Shown here piece by piece: positions 19,126-27,768 of a stretch of DNA of 64,000 nt. This DNA comes from a virus. Numbering within the stretch: position 1 is the first letter of the stretch; each line of letters begins with the position of its first letter. The stretch lies in the IMG/VR virus record IMGVR_UViG_3300045988_118801, positions 1 through 64,000 of that record, one strand, 5' to 3'. A model generated the notes under the pieces. It was not told where the DNA came from. It saw only the letters and a list, made by a program, of their open reading frames with translations, and made no database searches. The position numbers and the translations under genes were made by a program.

Positions 19126-19427
19126 TTCTTGTATTCTTCCGTAAAGTTGTTGTACATATCTCTATATATTCTCTGATTCTCAATCATCCAGCCGATATTG
19201 CTTATTCCTTTGAATACGGCTCTTTTGCTTCTGAAAAACTCTTTGGATAATGTACCTATTGATACGTTTAATTCCTTGTGAAGATAATACCATGCAAAAT
19301 GTCTTGCAAGTGTTATCTGACTGTTTCTGCTTGAACTGTAAAGTTTTTTTTCTTCAATTCCGAAATGCTTTGAAGCAAATCTACTCAATTTCTCAATCTT
19401 CGATTCCATAAATGTACTATGATTCAA
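19113..19427 (-). CDS. DnaA domain-IV-like helix-turn-helix protein
   Basis: HFGIEEKKLYSSSRNSQITLARHFAWYYLHKELNVSIGTLSKEF follows the DnaA C-terminal pattern (R..i..aRqiamYL..el...S...ig..f). Confidence 0.5.
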   Translation of the reverse strand: MNHSTFMESKIEKLSRFASKHFGIEEKKLYSSSRNSQITLARHFAWYYLHKELNVSIGTLSKEFFRSKRAVFKGISNIGWMIENQRIYRDMYNNFTEEYKKATP

Positions 19428-19464
19428 TTAATTCACTAATGTAACAATAATATCATTAAAAAAC

Positions 19465-19472
19465 CAAAAATA
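19465..19472 (-). promoter_or_regulatory. candidate -7 box (TATTTTTG on the minus strand)
   Basis: Matches TAnnTTTG about 40 nt upstream of the start at 19427. Confidence 0.35.
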
Positions 19473-19629
19473 TTCATAAGTATTTATAAATAACTGATTA
19501 TTAATTTGATAAAATATTTTTATACTCCTTAGTGTGAATTTACCTGCATATATACTTTCGGTCAGCTTTGAGAAATCAAGGTTGTCAAGGCACGAAGACT
19601 AAAGAGTGCAAAAGTAAAAGTATGTTTTT

Positions 19630-20577
19630 ATGGATAAAACTTATGTATTCAGCAATGAGCCTTCATCGGGCTGTTGCGGCAGTAAGTTAGACATAACGGC
19701 TCTGCTTCCCAATCTGATGGGTGGACGCAGCTTAGACCCTAACTTGCTGTTGGCTTTGAACAACGGTTATCGCAACCAAGACATGTGGGGCGGTGCCGGA
19801 ATGTGGTGGATTTGGATTCTCCTGCTCTTCGGATGGGGTCGTGGCGGCTTCGGTGGATGGGGCGGTTATGGGAACGGCGGTGAATGCTGCAACAACTGCG
19901 CTGCTCTCCCGTGGGCTTTGAACAGCGACACAGGCCGTGAACTGTTGATGCAGGCTATTCAGGGTAATGGTGATGCTATCCGTCAGCTGGCTTCTACTCT
20001 GAACTGCGACGTGAAGTCTATCGAAACTAATCTGTGCAACATCCAGTCTTTGATTCAGAGTGTAGGTAACCAAGTAGGACTGACTTCTCAGCAGGTGATT
20101 AACAGCATCCAACAAGTAGGTTGCAACATCGGGACACAGATAGCATCTTGCTGCTGCGATGTTAAGCAGGCTATCGAACGTCAAGGTTATGAGGGCAGAA
20201 TTGCAACAATCAATCAGACGGACGATATTAAATCGGATGCAAATTCAAAATTCAACATCCTGTCAAGCAAAATAGATGCTCAGACGGTTTTGCTGAATGA
20301 TAAATTCTGCCAGTTGGAAAAGAGAGAATTGCAGAACAAGATTGACACTCTCAACCAGCAAAAGACGTCTCTTGAAACTTCGGCTCTCTTACAGCAACAG
20401 ACGCAAAATCTGATTAATCAGTTGCAACCCTGCGCTAAGCCAGCGTATTTTGTGCCGAATCCTAACTGCTGCTACGGATTCCCGTATTTCGGTTACGGAT
20501 ATGGCAACTTCGGTGTTTACGGCTCTAACTGCAACGGAAACTGCAATTCTTGCAACTGCGGAGGTTGCTCTTGCTAA
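19630..20577 (+). CDS. Cys/Gly/Trp-rich membrane-associated protein with a Q/N-rich coiled coil
   Basis: About 22 Cys in 315 aa, in CC, CCC and CxC clusters. MWWIWILLLFGWGRGGFGGWGGYGNGG segment. C-terminus GYGYGNFGVYGSNCNGNCNSCNCGGCSC. Visibly more GC-rich than its neighbours. Confidence 0.65.
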   Translation: MDKTYVFSNEPSSGCCGSKLDITALLPNLMGGRSLDPNLLLALNNGYRNQDMWGGAGMWWIWILLLFGWGRGGFGGWGGYGNGGECCNNCAALPWALNSDTGRELLMQAIQGNGDAIRQLASTLNCDVKSIETNLCNIQSLIQSVGNQVGLTSQQVINSIQQVGCNIGTQIASCCCDVKQAIERQGYEGRIATINQTDDIKSDANSKFNILSSKIDAQTVLLNDKFCQLEKRELQNKIDTLNQQKTSLETSALLQQQTQNLINQLQPCAKPAYFVPNPNCCYGFPYFGYGYGNFGVYGSNCNGNCNSCNCGGCSC

Positions 20578-20595
20578 TTAATAGGAGGATAGATT

Positions 20596-21024
20596 ATGGC
20601 TGTATTTCTTAGTCCGGTCGGCTTAGCCGCTGCACCTGTAGCCAACAGCTTAAACGTATTGGCTACCTATAAAGAAAAGTTGTGTAGTTGTGTATGTTCT
20701 ACTTCTACTGACCAGCCTACGGCTACCGTCACGTATAAGTATGAAACCCCTGTATTGCAAGGTACTACCGTGTTTGTTCCGATAGTGGCTACTATAACAA
20801 TAGTGACACCGAACGCTTGCAAATGCACGGCTGAAACGCAAGTTATCACTGAGCGTTTTACAGTAGCGTTCTTCGGTCAGACAGCATTGCCTACGGCAGT
20901 AACAATTACGCAAGAAGGTCTTACACAAGGCTTGTATAAGATTGTATGCGGCAAGTCAAACTGTTATGCAATACATGAGGGATTAACTATAAGTATAACC
21001 CCAGGTGCAACCCCTGCTGCATGA
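20596..21024 (+). CDS. beta-rich Thr/Val/Cys protein, partner of the Cys-rich protein
   Basis: AGGAGG 7 nt upstream of the ATG. CSCVCS, ACKC and CGKSNC motifs. Followed by a 9-bp GC hairpin. Confidence 0.6.
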   Translation: MAVFLSPVGLAAAPVANSLNVLATYKEKLCSCVCSTSTDQPTATVTYKYETPVLQGTTVFVPIVATITIVTPNACKCTAETQVITERFTVAFFGQTALPTAVTITQEGLTQGLYKIVCGKSNCYAIHEGLTISITPGATPAA

Positions 21025-21035
21025 AGAGAAGAAAC

Positions 21036-21057
21036 GGGAGAGGCAAAAGCCTCTCTC
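21036..21057 (+). terminator. GC-rich hairpin after the two-gene cassette (weak U tract)
   Basis: GGGAGAGGC-aaaa-GCCTCTCTC, 9 bp including 1 G-U pair. Confidence 0.4.
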
Positions 21058-21094
21058 TTAAAAACAAGTTTATTAACAAAAAAGTCAAATTATC

Positions 21095-21670
21095 ATGTTT
21101 CAATCATTAAGAGCAAGCAATCAGTTTTACATTCTTCACAAGGACGCTGTTCCTTATGTCGAGATAGGTTCTGTGGTAAGTGTATCTTCGCCAATGCCAA
21201 AGTTCCCAATGCCTACAAACTTTGGTCAGCCTCAGGAGATGGTAGTAGACGTAGTTGTACGTGTGAACGACAACAATGTAACTTTCCAAAAGCTGCCTGC
21301 CAATCAGGAGATAGCGGACTTTGGAATGAACGGTGCGATAGTAGTTGCCACGAGCAAGGAAGCTATGAACTCGGAACTATCATCGTTGAGACAGAAGAGC
21401 GTTGATATTATCAATAGCGTCAATTTCCACAAGTCAGTCATTGACGGATGCGACAAGACGTTGCGTGACCTGAATCCTGAATATGCCGAAAAGCAACAGC
21501 AACAGGAAGAGATAAACACGTTGAAGCAAAATATGGAAGAGATGCGAAGAGGTATGGCAGACCTTATGAAGATGCAAAGAGACTTTCTTGCGCAGATGAG
21601 TAGAGGTGCAAATATTCCACCTCAAACGAGCGATGAAACTGATAGTGTGACTGATAAAACAAGAAAATAA
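21095..21670 (+). CDS. hypothetical protein with C-terminal coiled coil
   Basis: ORF track. QQQQEEINTLKQNMEEMRRGMADLMKMQ. Confidence 0.5.
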   Translation: MFQSLRASNQFYILHKDAVPYVEIGSVVSVSSPMPKFPMPTNFGQPQEMVVDVVVRVNDNNVTFQKLPANQEIADFGMNGAIVVATSKEAMNSELSSLRQKSVDIINSVNFHKSVIDGCDKTLRDLNPEYAEKQQQQEEINTLKQNMEEMRRGMADLMKMQRDFLAQMSRGANIPPQTSDETDSVTDKTRK

Positions 21671-21672
21671 CT

Positions 21673-22005
21673 ATGGGCAAAATGTGGAAAATATTAGAAG
21701 ACTACATCCCAGACTACGGTCGTGGTGAAATGGGCTATCGTGGCGATATGGACGGCTACGAAGAAGGCTTTGAAGAAGGCTGTGAACATGGCTATAAGAA
21801 GGCTATGAAAGAGATGAGAATGATGGGAATGCGTGACAATACGCAAAGTGGCAGTAGCTATCAGAACGGCACAAACCGAATGAATAACCGCTTCATGCCT
21901 CCCTATCCTCCTTATATGAATTATCGTGATGACGATGATGATTACGATGAAATAGACGAACGTAGAGACCGTCGTCGTCGTGATGCAAGAGGACGTTATA
22001 TGTGA
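21673..22005 (+). CDS. low-complexity acidic/basic protein
   Basis: ORF track, 3 nt after the upstream stop. DDDDDYDEIDERRDRRRRD. Confidence 0.45.
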   Translation: MGKMWKILEDYIPDYGRGEMGYRGDMDGYEEGFEEGCEHGYKKAMKEMRMMGMRDNTQSGSSYQNGTNRMNNRFMPPYPPYMNYRDDDDDYDEIDERRDRRRRDARGRYM

Positions 22006-22087
22006 TAAACAATGGTTGAAACGATGTGGGGGAAGTGAGTGTTGATTTACCAATATCTTTTCCCTACTTTAATTAAAAGCTTTTGTT

Positions 22088-22513
22088 ATGGGACACGAGA
22101 CAAGATTAGATGCGAATTATAAATTTCCTTCTGGTATGCAGGAATACCTTGATTCATACGGTTGGCATTTCAGCAAGAAAATGTGCGAATGGGCTGTTTC
22201 TAAGATAAAAAGAAAGAATCCGCAAACAGGGAAAGAGGAGCCTATTGAATACATGGACAAGGATGATACGGAAGAGTTTCTGAAAAAGTACAATGTTGTA
22301 TTGGACAATGTAAAGGGTTATGACCATGTGTACATTTTAGCAATGGTTAGGAGCGATTTTTTCAAATCGGCTATCGTTGACGAACAGCATCTTGCTCTGT
22401 ATGTCAAAGATTTCTTTTCAGACCCTGATGGCTATCCTACTATGGCGTTTACAAGGTTCTATGCAGATTGTATAGGTTCAGGAACACCTATTGATTGGCT
22501 GGATTATATGTAA
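22088..22513 (+). CDS. hypothetical protein
   Basis: ORF track. Confidence 0.5.
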   Translation: MGHETRLDANYKFPSGMQEYLDSYGWHFSKKMCEWAVSKIKRKNPQTGKEEPIEYMDKDDTEEFLKKYNVVLDNVKGYDHVYILAMVRSDFFKSAIVDEQHLALYVKDFFSDPDGYPTMAFTRFYADCIGSGTPIDWLDYM

Positions 22514-22518
22514 ACAAT

Positions 22519-22923
22519 ATGAAACGTCAGGTAATACATATCCCCAAATATGAATGGAAAGTATATGTCTACTACGACACTACGCCATACGATACGGAAG
22601 AACTATTGGGTAAGTTAAGAAGCTTAGGATGCTCTGAAAGTGGCGTTTTAAGGACACGTAAGCAACTTTTAAGAGGAGGATATAACAACGGCTTTACTTA
22701 TTCCAATCATGCCTTAAAACAAAGCGTAGTGTCGTTAGGACGTGCTTCTGAATTTGCGCAGTTCCTTAATTCATTTGTGCATGAGTTGCAACATTTATCT
22801 ACTCATATAGCGCAAGCATACGGAATGCCTTTGGACGGAGAAGAGATATGCTATTTATCTGGTTGGATAGCGCAGGAAATGTATCCGATATTAATTCACT
22901 ATTTAACTCGTTGCGGATTATGA
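22519..22923 (+). CDS. putative zinc metallopeptidase-like protein (HExxH)
   Basis: FVHELQHLSTH contains HExxH. ATG at 22519; the track start at 22495 is TTG. Confidence 0.4.
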   Translation: MKRQVIHIPKYEWKVYVYYDTTPYDTEELLGKLRSLGCSESGVLRTRKQLLRGGYNNGFTYSNHALKQSVVSLGRASEFAQFLNSFVHELQHLSTHIAQAYGMPLDGEEICYLSGWIAQEMYPILIHYLTRCGL

Positions 22924-23081
22924 AAAATCAGGAAAACATTATGAAAGAAACATCATGGCTTATAAATATGATGAACGACGAGATGCCGATATATGATTTC
23001 TATCTTTTAAAGCATTACGTTATATCTCGTATTGATAAGTCGAAACGAGCAAAAAGAAAAAAGGCTACCCGATTTGAGTAG
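22920..23081 (+). CDS. hypothetical small protein
   Basis: ATGA overlap with the upstream stop. The track start at 22848 lies inside the previous gene. Confidence 0.4.
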   Translation: MKNQENIMKETSWLINMMNDEMPIYDFYLLKHYVISRIDKSKRAKRKKATRFE

Positions 23082-23103
23082 CCTTACTTGTGTTGGTTAT
23101 GAG

Positions 23104-23316
23104 TTATAATTTAAGAATCTTCTTAAATATATTTGCCGATTGTTCGTTTTGCAGAATCAGACTTTTCAGTTTTGAATTTTCGTCATTCAGATTGCTTATA
23201 GTCTGCGTATTTTCATTTATTCTGTCGTTTATATCCTTGTTTAATGCTTCCAAATCTTCTTTAGCTTTCTGAAATACACTAAGGATATTGCTTCTTCTTT
23301 CTTCAAAATTAGTCAT
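23104..23316 (-). CDS. small coiled-coil protein
   Basis: ORF track. Last gene of the minus-strand block. Confidence 0.45.
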   Translation of the reverse strand: MTNFEERRSNILSVFQKAKEDLEALNKDINDRINENTQTISNLNDENSKLKSLILQNEQSANIFKKILKL

Positions 23317-23336
23317 GGTTTTTTATTTTTAAATGG

Positions 23337-23771
23337 TTATGCGTTTTCGTAAGTAATCGTAATTTCTTCGCCTCTTTGCTTTGCAGGAATAAGGTATTTT
23401 TCCATTAAGCTCATAAATGTTTGAGTTGAATTAATTACTTGACCTTTTACTTTATTTTGACCGACAAGTAGACATCCGCTGGTGTCCTCTACTGTGTTTC
23501 CTACATGGATTAAAACTCCATCATAATTAGGCACATCTAACAATCTTGGAAGTTTACCGTCATAAGGTTTAGCCCAACTTCTGTCTTTAAACTTCGGAGA
23601 AACTACATCCATTGTGATTTTATAAGTGCCACAAGGAATAGCCGTCTTTCCGTAAATCTTTGTATCTCTTACCGCATCCTCCAAAGTGTCACACACGTAT
23701 TCACCATCTACATACAATCTGCCGATAGTATAATCTTCTTTTAATGCTACTCTTTTAACTAATAGTTCCAT
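23337..23771 (-). CDS. DUF5675-like protein (possible cell-wall-active enzyme)
   Basis: IPCGTYKITMDVVSPKF...LLDVPNYDGVLIHVGNTVEDTSGCLLVGQN matches my recollection of the DUF5675 pattern. The function is an inference. Confidence 0.4.
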   Translation of the reverse strand: MELLVKRVALKEDYTIGRLYVDGEYVCDTLEDAVRDTKIYGKTAIPCGTYKITMDVVSPKFKDRSWAKPYDGKLPRLLDVPNYDGVLIHVGNTVEDTSGCLLVGQNKVKGQVINSTQTFMSLMEKYLIPAKQRGEEITITYENA

Positions 23772-23776
23772 ATTAT

Positions 23777-24208
23777 TTATTGTTTAAATTGTTCTATCTT
23801 TATCGAACCGTCAAAACGATATTTACTTTTACATCTTTCTTTTTTGTATGGAATAAGATATACAATACGTTTAATGCCGCTTTGAATTATATTCTTTAAG
23901 CATTGGTCGCAAGGCTCATGTGTGCAATACAAAGTACACCCATTTACAGATAAACCGTTCTTTGCAGCAAACATCAAAGCGTTCATTTCAGCGTGTATTT
24001 CGTGACTATCAGACCATTCAGAATGATTGTCACGTGTAAACTCTTTATCCAAACATTCGTTGCAATTAAGACTTCCACTGATAGTACCGTTATAACCCAT
24101 TGAAATAATGCGGCTATCTTTTACAATAACCGCACCAACTTGTAGTGATACACATTTACTTTCCTTTGCAATAACCTTTGCTATCTCTATAAATGTTGAT
24201 TCTTTCAT
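23777..24208 (-). CDS. dCMP (deoxycytidylate) deaminase
   Basis: Zinc-binding motifs HAEMNA and PCDQC. Confidence 0.8.
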   Translation of the reverse strand: MKESTFIEIAKVIAKESKCVSLQVGAVIVKDSRIISMGYNGTISGSLNCNECLDKEFTRDNHSEWSDSHEIHAEMNALMFAAKNGLSVNGCTLYCTHEPCDQCLKNIIQSGIKRIVYLIPYKKERCKSKYRFDGSIKIEQFKQ

Positions 24209-24705
24209 TTTCCGCTACTACCGAAGCCTCCTTCGCCACGTTCTGTTTCTGATAATTCAGAAACCTCTTCAAAATAAATAGGGAATGTAACACCAATTTT
24301 CATTTGTGCTATTTTGTCACCTACCTTATATCGTGGCATATTTGGCATTACATGATAGAATACAAGAAAAATTTCTCCCGTGTAATCCTCATCAATGGTA
24401 GCTTGTGAATTAGCCATAGTCATACCCGTCTTCCAAATTGAACTACGAGAACGTAAGTCAATGGAAAAACACGTTTTATTATCAAGATATACTCTATCAC
24501 CTCCATAGCCATCTGTTCCGCCAATGCAAACATCGCATATTTCCTTATCTCTTTCAATCTGCAAGGCAATACCCAATCCGTATTTCCAAACATTAGGAGC
24601 GACTTCTTGTTCCGATACAGCTACCACGTCATAGCAAAAATCCGAATCGTATGTCTTAAATGGAACAACCGCATTTTCATGCAACTTCTTAATCTTTACA
24701 TTCAT
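24205..24705 (-). CDS. dut: dUTPase
   Basis: RSRSS, IDEDYTGEI and C-terminal RGEGGFGSSGK motifs. Confidence 0.8.
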   Translation of the reverse strand: MNVKIKKLHENAVVPFKTYDSDFCYDVVAVSEQEVAPNVWKYGLGIALQIERDKEICDVCIGGTDGYGGDRVYLDNKTCFSIDLRSRSSIWKTGMTMANSQATIDEDYTGEIFLVFYHVMPNMPRYKVGDKIAQMKIGVTFPIYFEEVSELSETERGEGGFGSSGK

Positions 24706-24968
24706 TTCAGTTCCTCCTTCAATTCGTTAGCTGTTCTTGTTCCGGCAATACGTTTGATTACTCTGCCTTTCTCAACCACAAGGATTGTAGGTACGTTTCT
24801 TACTTGGTATTTAGACGACATATCTACTCCCCAGTCTGTTTCGCAGTCTACATCAGTAAACTTCATGTTTTCAGACTTCATTTCTTTAGCTACTTCACCG
24901 AATACCTGTGCCATTTTAGGACATGATTTGCACCAATAGGCATGAAAGAACATTACTTCTTTTTTCAT
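24702..24968 (-). CDS. thioredoxin
   Basis: WCKSCP active site and the downstream cis-Pro motif NVPT. Confidence 0.75.
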   Translation of the reverse strand: MKKEVMFFHAYWCKSCPKMAQVFGEVAKEMKSENMKFTDVDCETDWGVDMSSKYQVRNVPTILVVEKGRVIKRIAGTRTANELKEELK

Positions 24969-24980
24969 CTTTTTGTAAAT

Positions 24981-25832
24981 TTATTGTTTGTAAAAATCCT
25001 TTGCCTTAAACAAGGCATTGTTAATTATCTCTCTGTTTGTTAAAGTCTTGTCAAGATCACGATATGCTTTCATTACATTGTCGCATTTATTCAGGTCAAG
25101 TTTACCGCATTTCCTTGAAACCCAATTACTGAAATTCTCTGCTACACGAAGCATATCTAGCATCTTATACTGACGCAAATGTACGGAATCTTTTTTATAT
25201 TTCAAACATTCCTTTACTCTATTTTCTACGTTTTTAACAGAATATCCGACTATTGTACGTGCTATCTCGGCTAAAGCTACAAAGTATGAATTTTCTACAC
25301 CGATACTGTCTAAAGCTGATTTCATCTCGTTAATGAAATCCTCTAGTTTAGGTTGAACACTTTCGTCCATACACGAGTTGTATTCAGAAAGAAACTCTAT
25401 GTTCGTTTCGATTATCTTTGAGATAAGATGTTCGTATGCTCTTTGTCTTTTCTCCAAAGCACCGAATATCTTCTGTGTTTCCTTGTCCTGATTCTTTATG
25501 AAGTCTTTCATCTGTATGATACACGCACAAGCAAGGTCGTTTACATACATGATGTTGTAGATAGAAGTAGTGACTACATAGTTTCCGTCAATCGGGCGCA
25601 CTTTATAAAACTCACATTTGCGGAATGTATCTACATAGTGGAATTTTACTTCGGGTGTATCTTCTGACTTCGATTTATAGCTGTTGTATTTGAAGCAATT
25701 AGCGCAGTTCTTACACTGCTCGTATGTTTTACTACCTTTCTTGTAAAACTTCCCGTTACACACGCTTCTGACATCTAAATTGGCTTGTCTGTAAACGGCT
25801 TCTTTTGCTTCTCTTTGTTTTTCGTTACTCAT
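24981..25832 (-). CDS. hypothetical protein
   Basis: ORF track, 283 aa. Confidence 0.5.
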   Translation of the reverse strand: MSNEKQREAKEAVYRQANLDVRSVCNGKFYKKGSKTYEQCKNCANCFKYNSYKSKSEDTPEVKFHYVDTFRKCEFYKVRPIDGNYVVTTSIYNIMYVNDLACACIIQMKDFIKNQDKETQKIFGALEKRQRAYEHLISKIIETNIEFLSEYNSCMDESVQPKLEDFINEMKSALDSIGVENSYFVALAEIARTIVGYSVKNVENRVKECLKYKKDSVHLRQYKMLDMLRVAENFSNWVSRKCGKLDLNKCDNVMKAYRDLDKTLTNREIINNALFKAKDFYKQ

Positions 25833-26299
25833 AACATCTTATCAAATTCGTCAAACAATTTATCTTCTTGTTCTCTTTCTTTTTTGAGTATTTCGCACTC
25901 GTTCGGCATTGCGCAATCACATCGTTTGATTATTTCTTCTCTCTTTTCTTTGCGCATCATACGTACTTTCTTTTCGTAGTACATTTTCTTGCCTGTCTTT
26001 TCGCAGATAAAGTCTGTAATGTATAGGCTGCCGTCACAATTTGAACCTTCCTTCGTACATTCGGAATTACCGTAATTTTCATAATCAACATCGTAATATT
26101 GACAATGCTTACATCTTTTACCTTCTGAACCTTTTATTTTACGGCTTTCTACTTTCAGATATTCACACGAAGCGCAATCAGTCCAATTCTTTGGATTTTT
26201 CTTGCAGTTCATTTCGTGTACCACCATTCCACCTTTGCCTAAAGAAAGTTTTCCGCAAAACTCGCATTGATATACTTTCTTATCTGTTATGGTTTTCAT
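25829..26299 (-). CDS. Cys-rich zinc-finger-like protein
   Basis: Multiple CxxC pairs (CEFCGK, CKKNP, CASCEY, CKHCQ). Confidence 0.5.
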   Translation of the reverse strand: MKTITDKKVYQCEFCGKLSLGKGGMVVHEMNCKKNPKNWTDCASCEYLKVESRKIKGSEGKRCKHCQYYDVDYENYGNSECTKEGSNCDGSLYITDFICEKTGKKMYYEKKVRMMRKEKREEIIKRCDCAMPNECEILKKEREQEDKLFDEFDKML

Positions 26300-26715
26300 A
26301 GCTCTTTAATTTCTAAGTCTGACTTTGTGATGAACCTTATTCCATTCTGTAACTCGTGAAGATATTGAAAATAAAAATTTCCTGCATTATATTCCCCGTT
26401 AATATCTATCTCACAAAACAATTTTCTTTTCGTCTTACAAATGGAAACATAATAATCATCGGTTTCTTTATTGTAAACCGTATATCCTTCTTCGTTTAGA
26501 TAGTCAGAAGATTCAAAACCTATCTTCAATAACAATTCTTCCGTCACCTCTATCGGCATCATGTCTTTTTCATAACCATCAAACACATCTCCTTCGTTAT
26601 TGGAAAAATCAAGATAGCAATAATCCTCTCCGACAGATACAACTTTCATTGGAAATTTACTTCTTTCGCTTTCGTAAACCCAATCTCCTATCATCAAATC
26701 TTTGTAGTTTATCAT
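26296..26715 (-). CDS. hypothetical protein
   Basis: ORF track. ATG at 26715; the track start at 26721 is TTG. Confidence 0.5.
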   Translation of the reverse strand: MINYKDLMIGDWVYESERSKFPMKVVSVGEDYCYLDFSNNEGDVFDGYEKDMMPIEVTEELLLKIGFESSDYLNEEGYTVYNKETDDYYVSICKTKRKLFCEIDINGEYNAGNFYFQYLHELQNGIRFITKSDLEIKEL

Positions 26716-26867
26716 AATCAATCTTCTTTAGTTGTTATATACTCTTTTTCAAAATCGGATTTCTTACATCTCAGCATGTATTCGGGAGTACGACAACTGC
26801 CATAACAATACCTTTCGTGTATATTATAAATCCCTAAAGAATCAAATACATCTTTGTTTTCTTTGTA

Positions 26868-27041
26868 TTATCTATTTGATACATTTATTGTGATAGTATC
26901 ACCCGCTCCCATTAAGCCGTTTATTCCGATTTGGTATATTTTCCCTTTCTTTGAAAGGTTTGTTTTCTGCCCACTCCATCTGCCTCTAGCTGGCTGATAA
27001 TACAAACCAGTAGGCTTGTGCTTTAATTTGTATATTTCCAT
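26868..27041 (-). CDS. hypothetical small protein, with its frame open for 49 more codons past the TAA
   Basis: ATG at 27041. After the TAA at 26868-26870 the same frame stays open to the TGA at 26718-26720, next to the following start codon. Confidence 0.4.
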   Translation of the reverse strand: MEIYKLKHKPTGLYYQPARGRWSGQKTNLSKKGKIYQIGINGLMGAGDTITINVSNR

Positions 27042-27048
27042 AATCTCA

Positions 27049-27309
27049 TTATTTATCTTCAACAACCATTTCCAAATGTTTAGTATCAGACCAAATCCAT
27101 TTGCGGTCTGTATTGTATATGCTACATAAATTCGCCCTTATTCGTCTTTTATCGTATACCAATCTGCGTATATAATAGCACCTGTCCCATTTAGTGCTAT
27201 AAACCATGATGTCGTTATTCACAAAGTCATTCGCCTCTTCTATGTATTCGTCCCAATCTATTTTGCGGGTTTTATACTTTGTTCCGTTGTAAATCCATTT
27301 CATAATCAA
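27049..27309 (-). CDS. hypothetical protein
   Basis: ORF track. Confidence 0.45.
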   Translation of the reverse strand: MIMKWIYNGTKYKTRKIDWDEYIEEANDFVNNDIMVYSTKWDRCYYIRRLVYDKRRIRANLCSIYNTDRKWIWSDTKHLEMVVEDK

Positions 27310-27488
27310 ATAAGTTTTAGTGATTCAAGTATTCCTGCGTTTAAATATTGTTCATATATCTCGTAATACTCTTTTGATTTTCTCCATTTTAAAGGTTTTT
27401 CCAAAAAGTCAAAGTAAGTAGCAATTCTGTATTCATATTCTATAATTTCGTACTTACGGCTGTAATGTGGTGATACAGCAACATTCAC
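27306..27488 (-). CDS. hypothetical protein
   Basis: ORF track, with a 4-nt overlap. Confidence 0.45.
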   Translation of the reverse strand: MNVAVSPHYSRKYEIIEYEYRIATYFDFLEKPLKWRKSKEYYEIYEQYLNAGILESLKLI

Positions 27489-27512
27489 AATCCCAAATGG
27501 TGTTTACTTAAT

Positions 27513-27734
27513 TTATTGTGGTAATTGTGGTTGTGTGGTAGGTGTAGTATCTTCTAAATAAGATTTAGCTGCATCTTTTGTTAAAACTTTATAGACATGC
27601 TTCTCAAACTCCTCATGTGTCATGGGAAGCATTTCTATCATGCCTTTGAAAGCAAACCGATGTTTATTTACATACATCTCAATTCCTTTACATACGCATT
27701 TTGCAATGTAGTTTTTCAAACTTTCCATATTCAT
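27513..27734 (-). CDS. hypothetical protein
   Basis: ORF track. Confidence 0.45.
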   Translation of the reverse strand: MNMESLKNYIAKCVCKGIEMYVNKHRFAFKGMIEMLPMTHEEFEKHVYKVLTKDAAKSYLEDTTPTTQPQLPQ

Positions 27735-27768
27735 ATCATTTAAGTGTTGTTTCGTATATAACTGCCTT

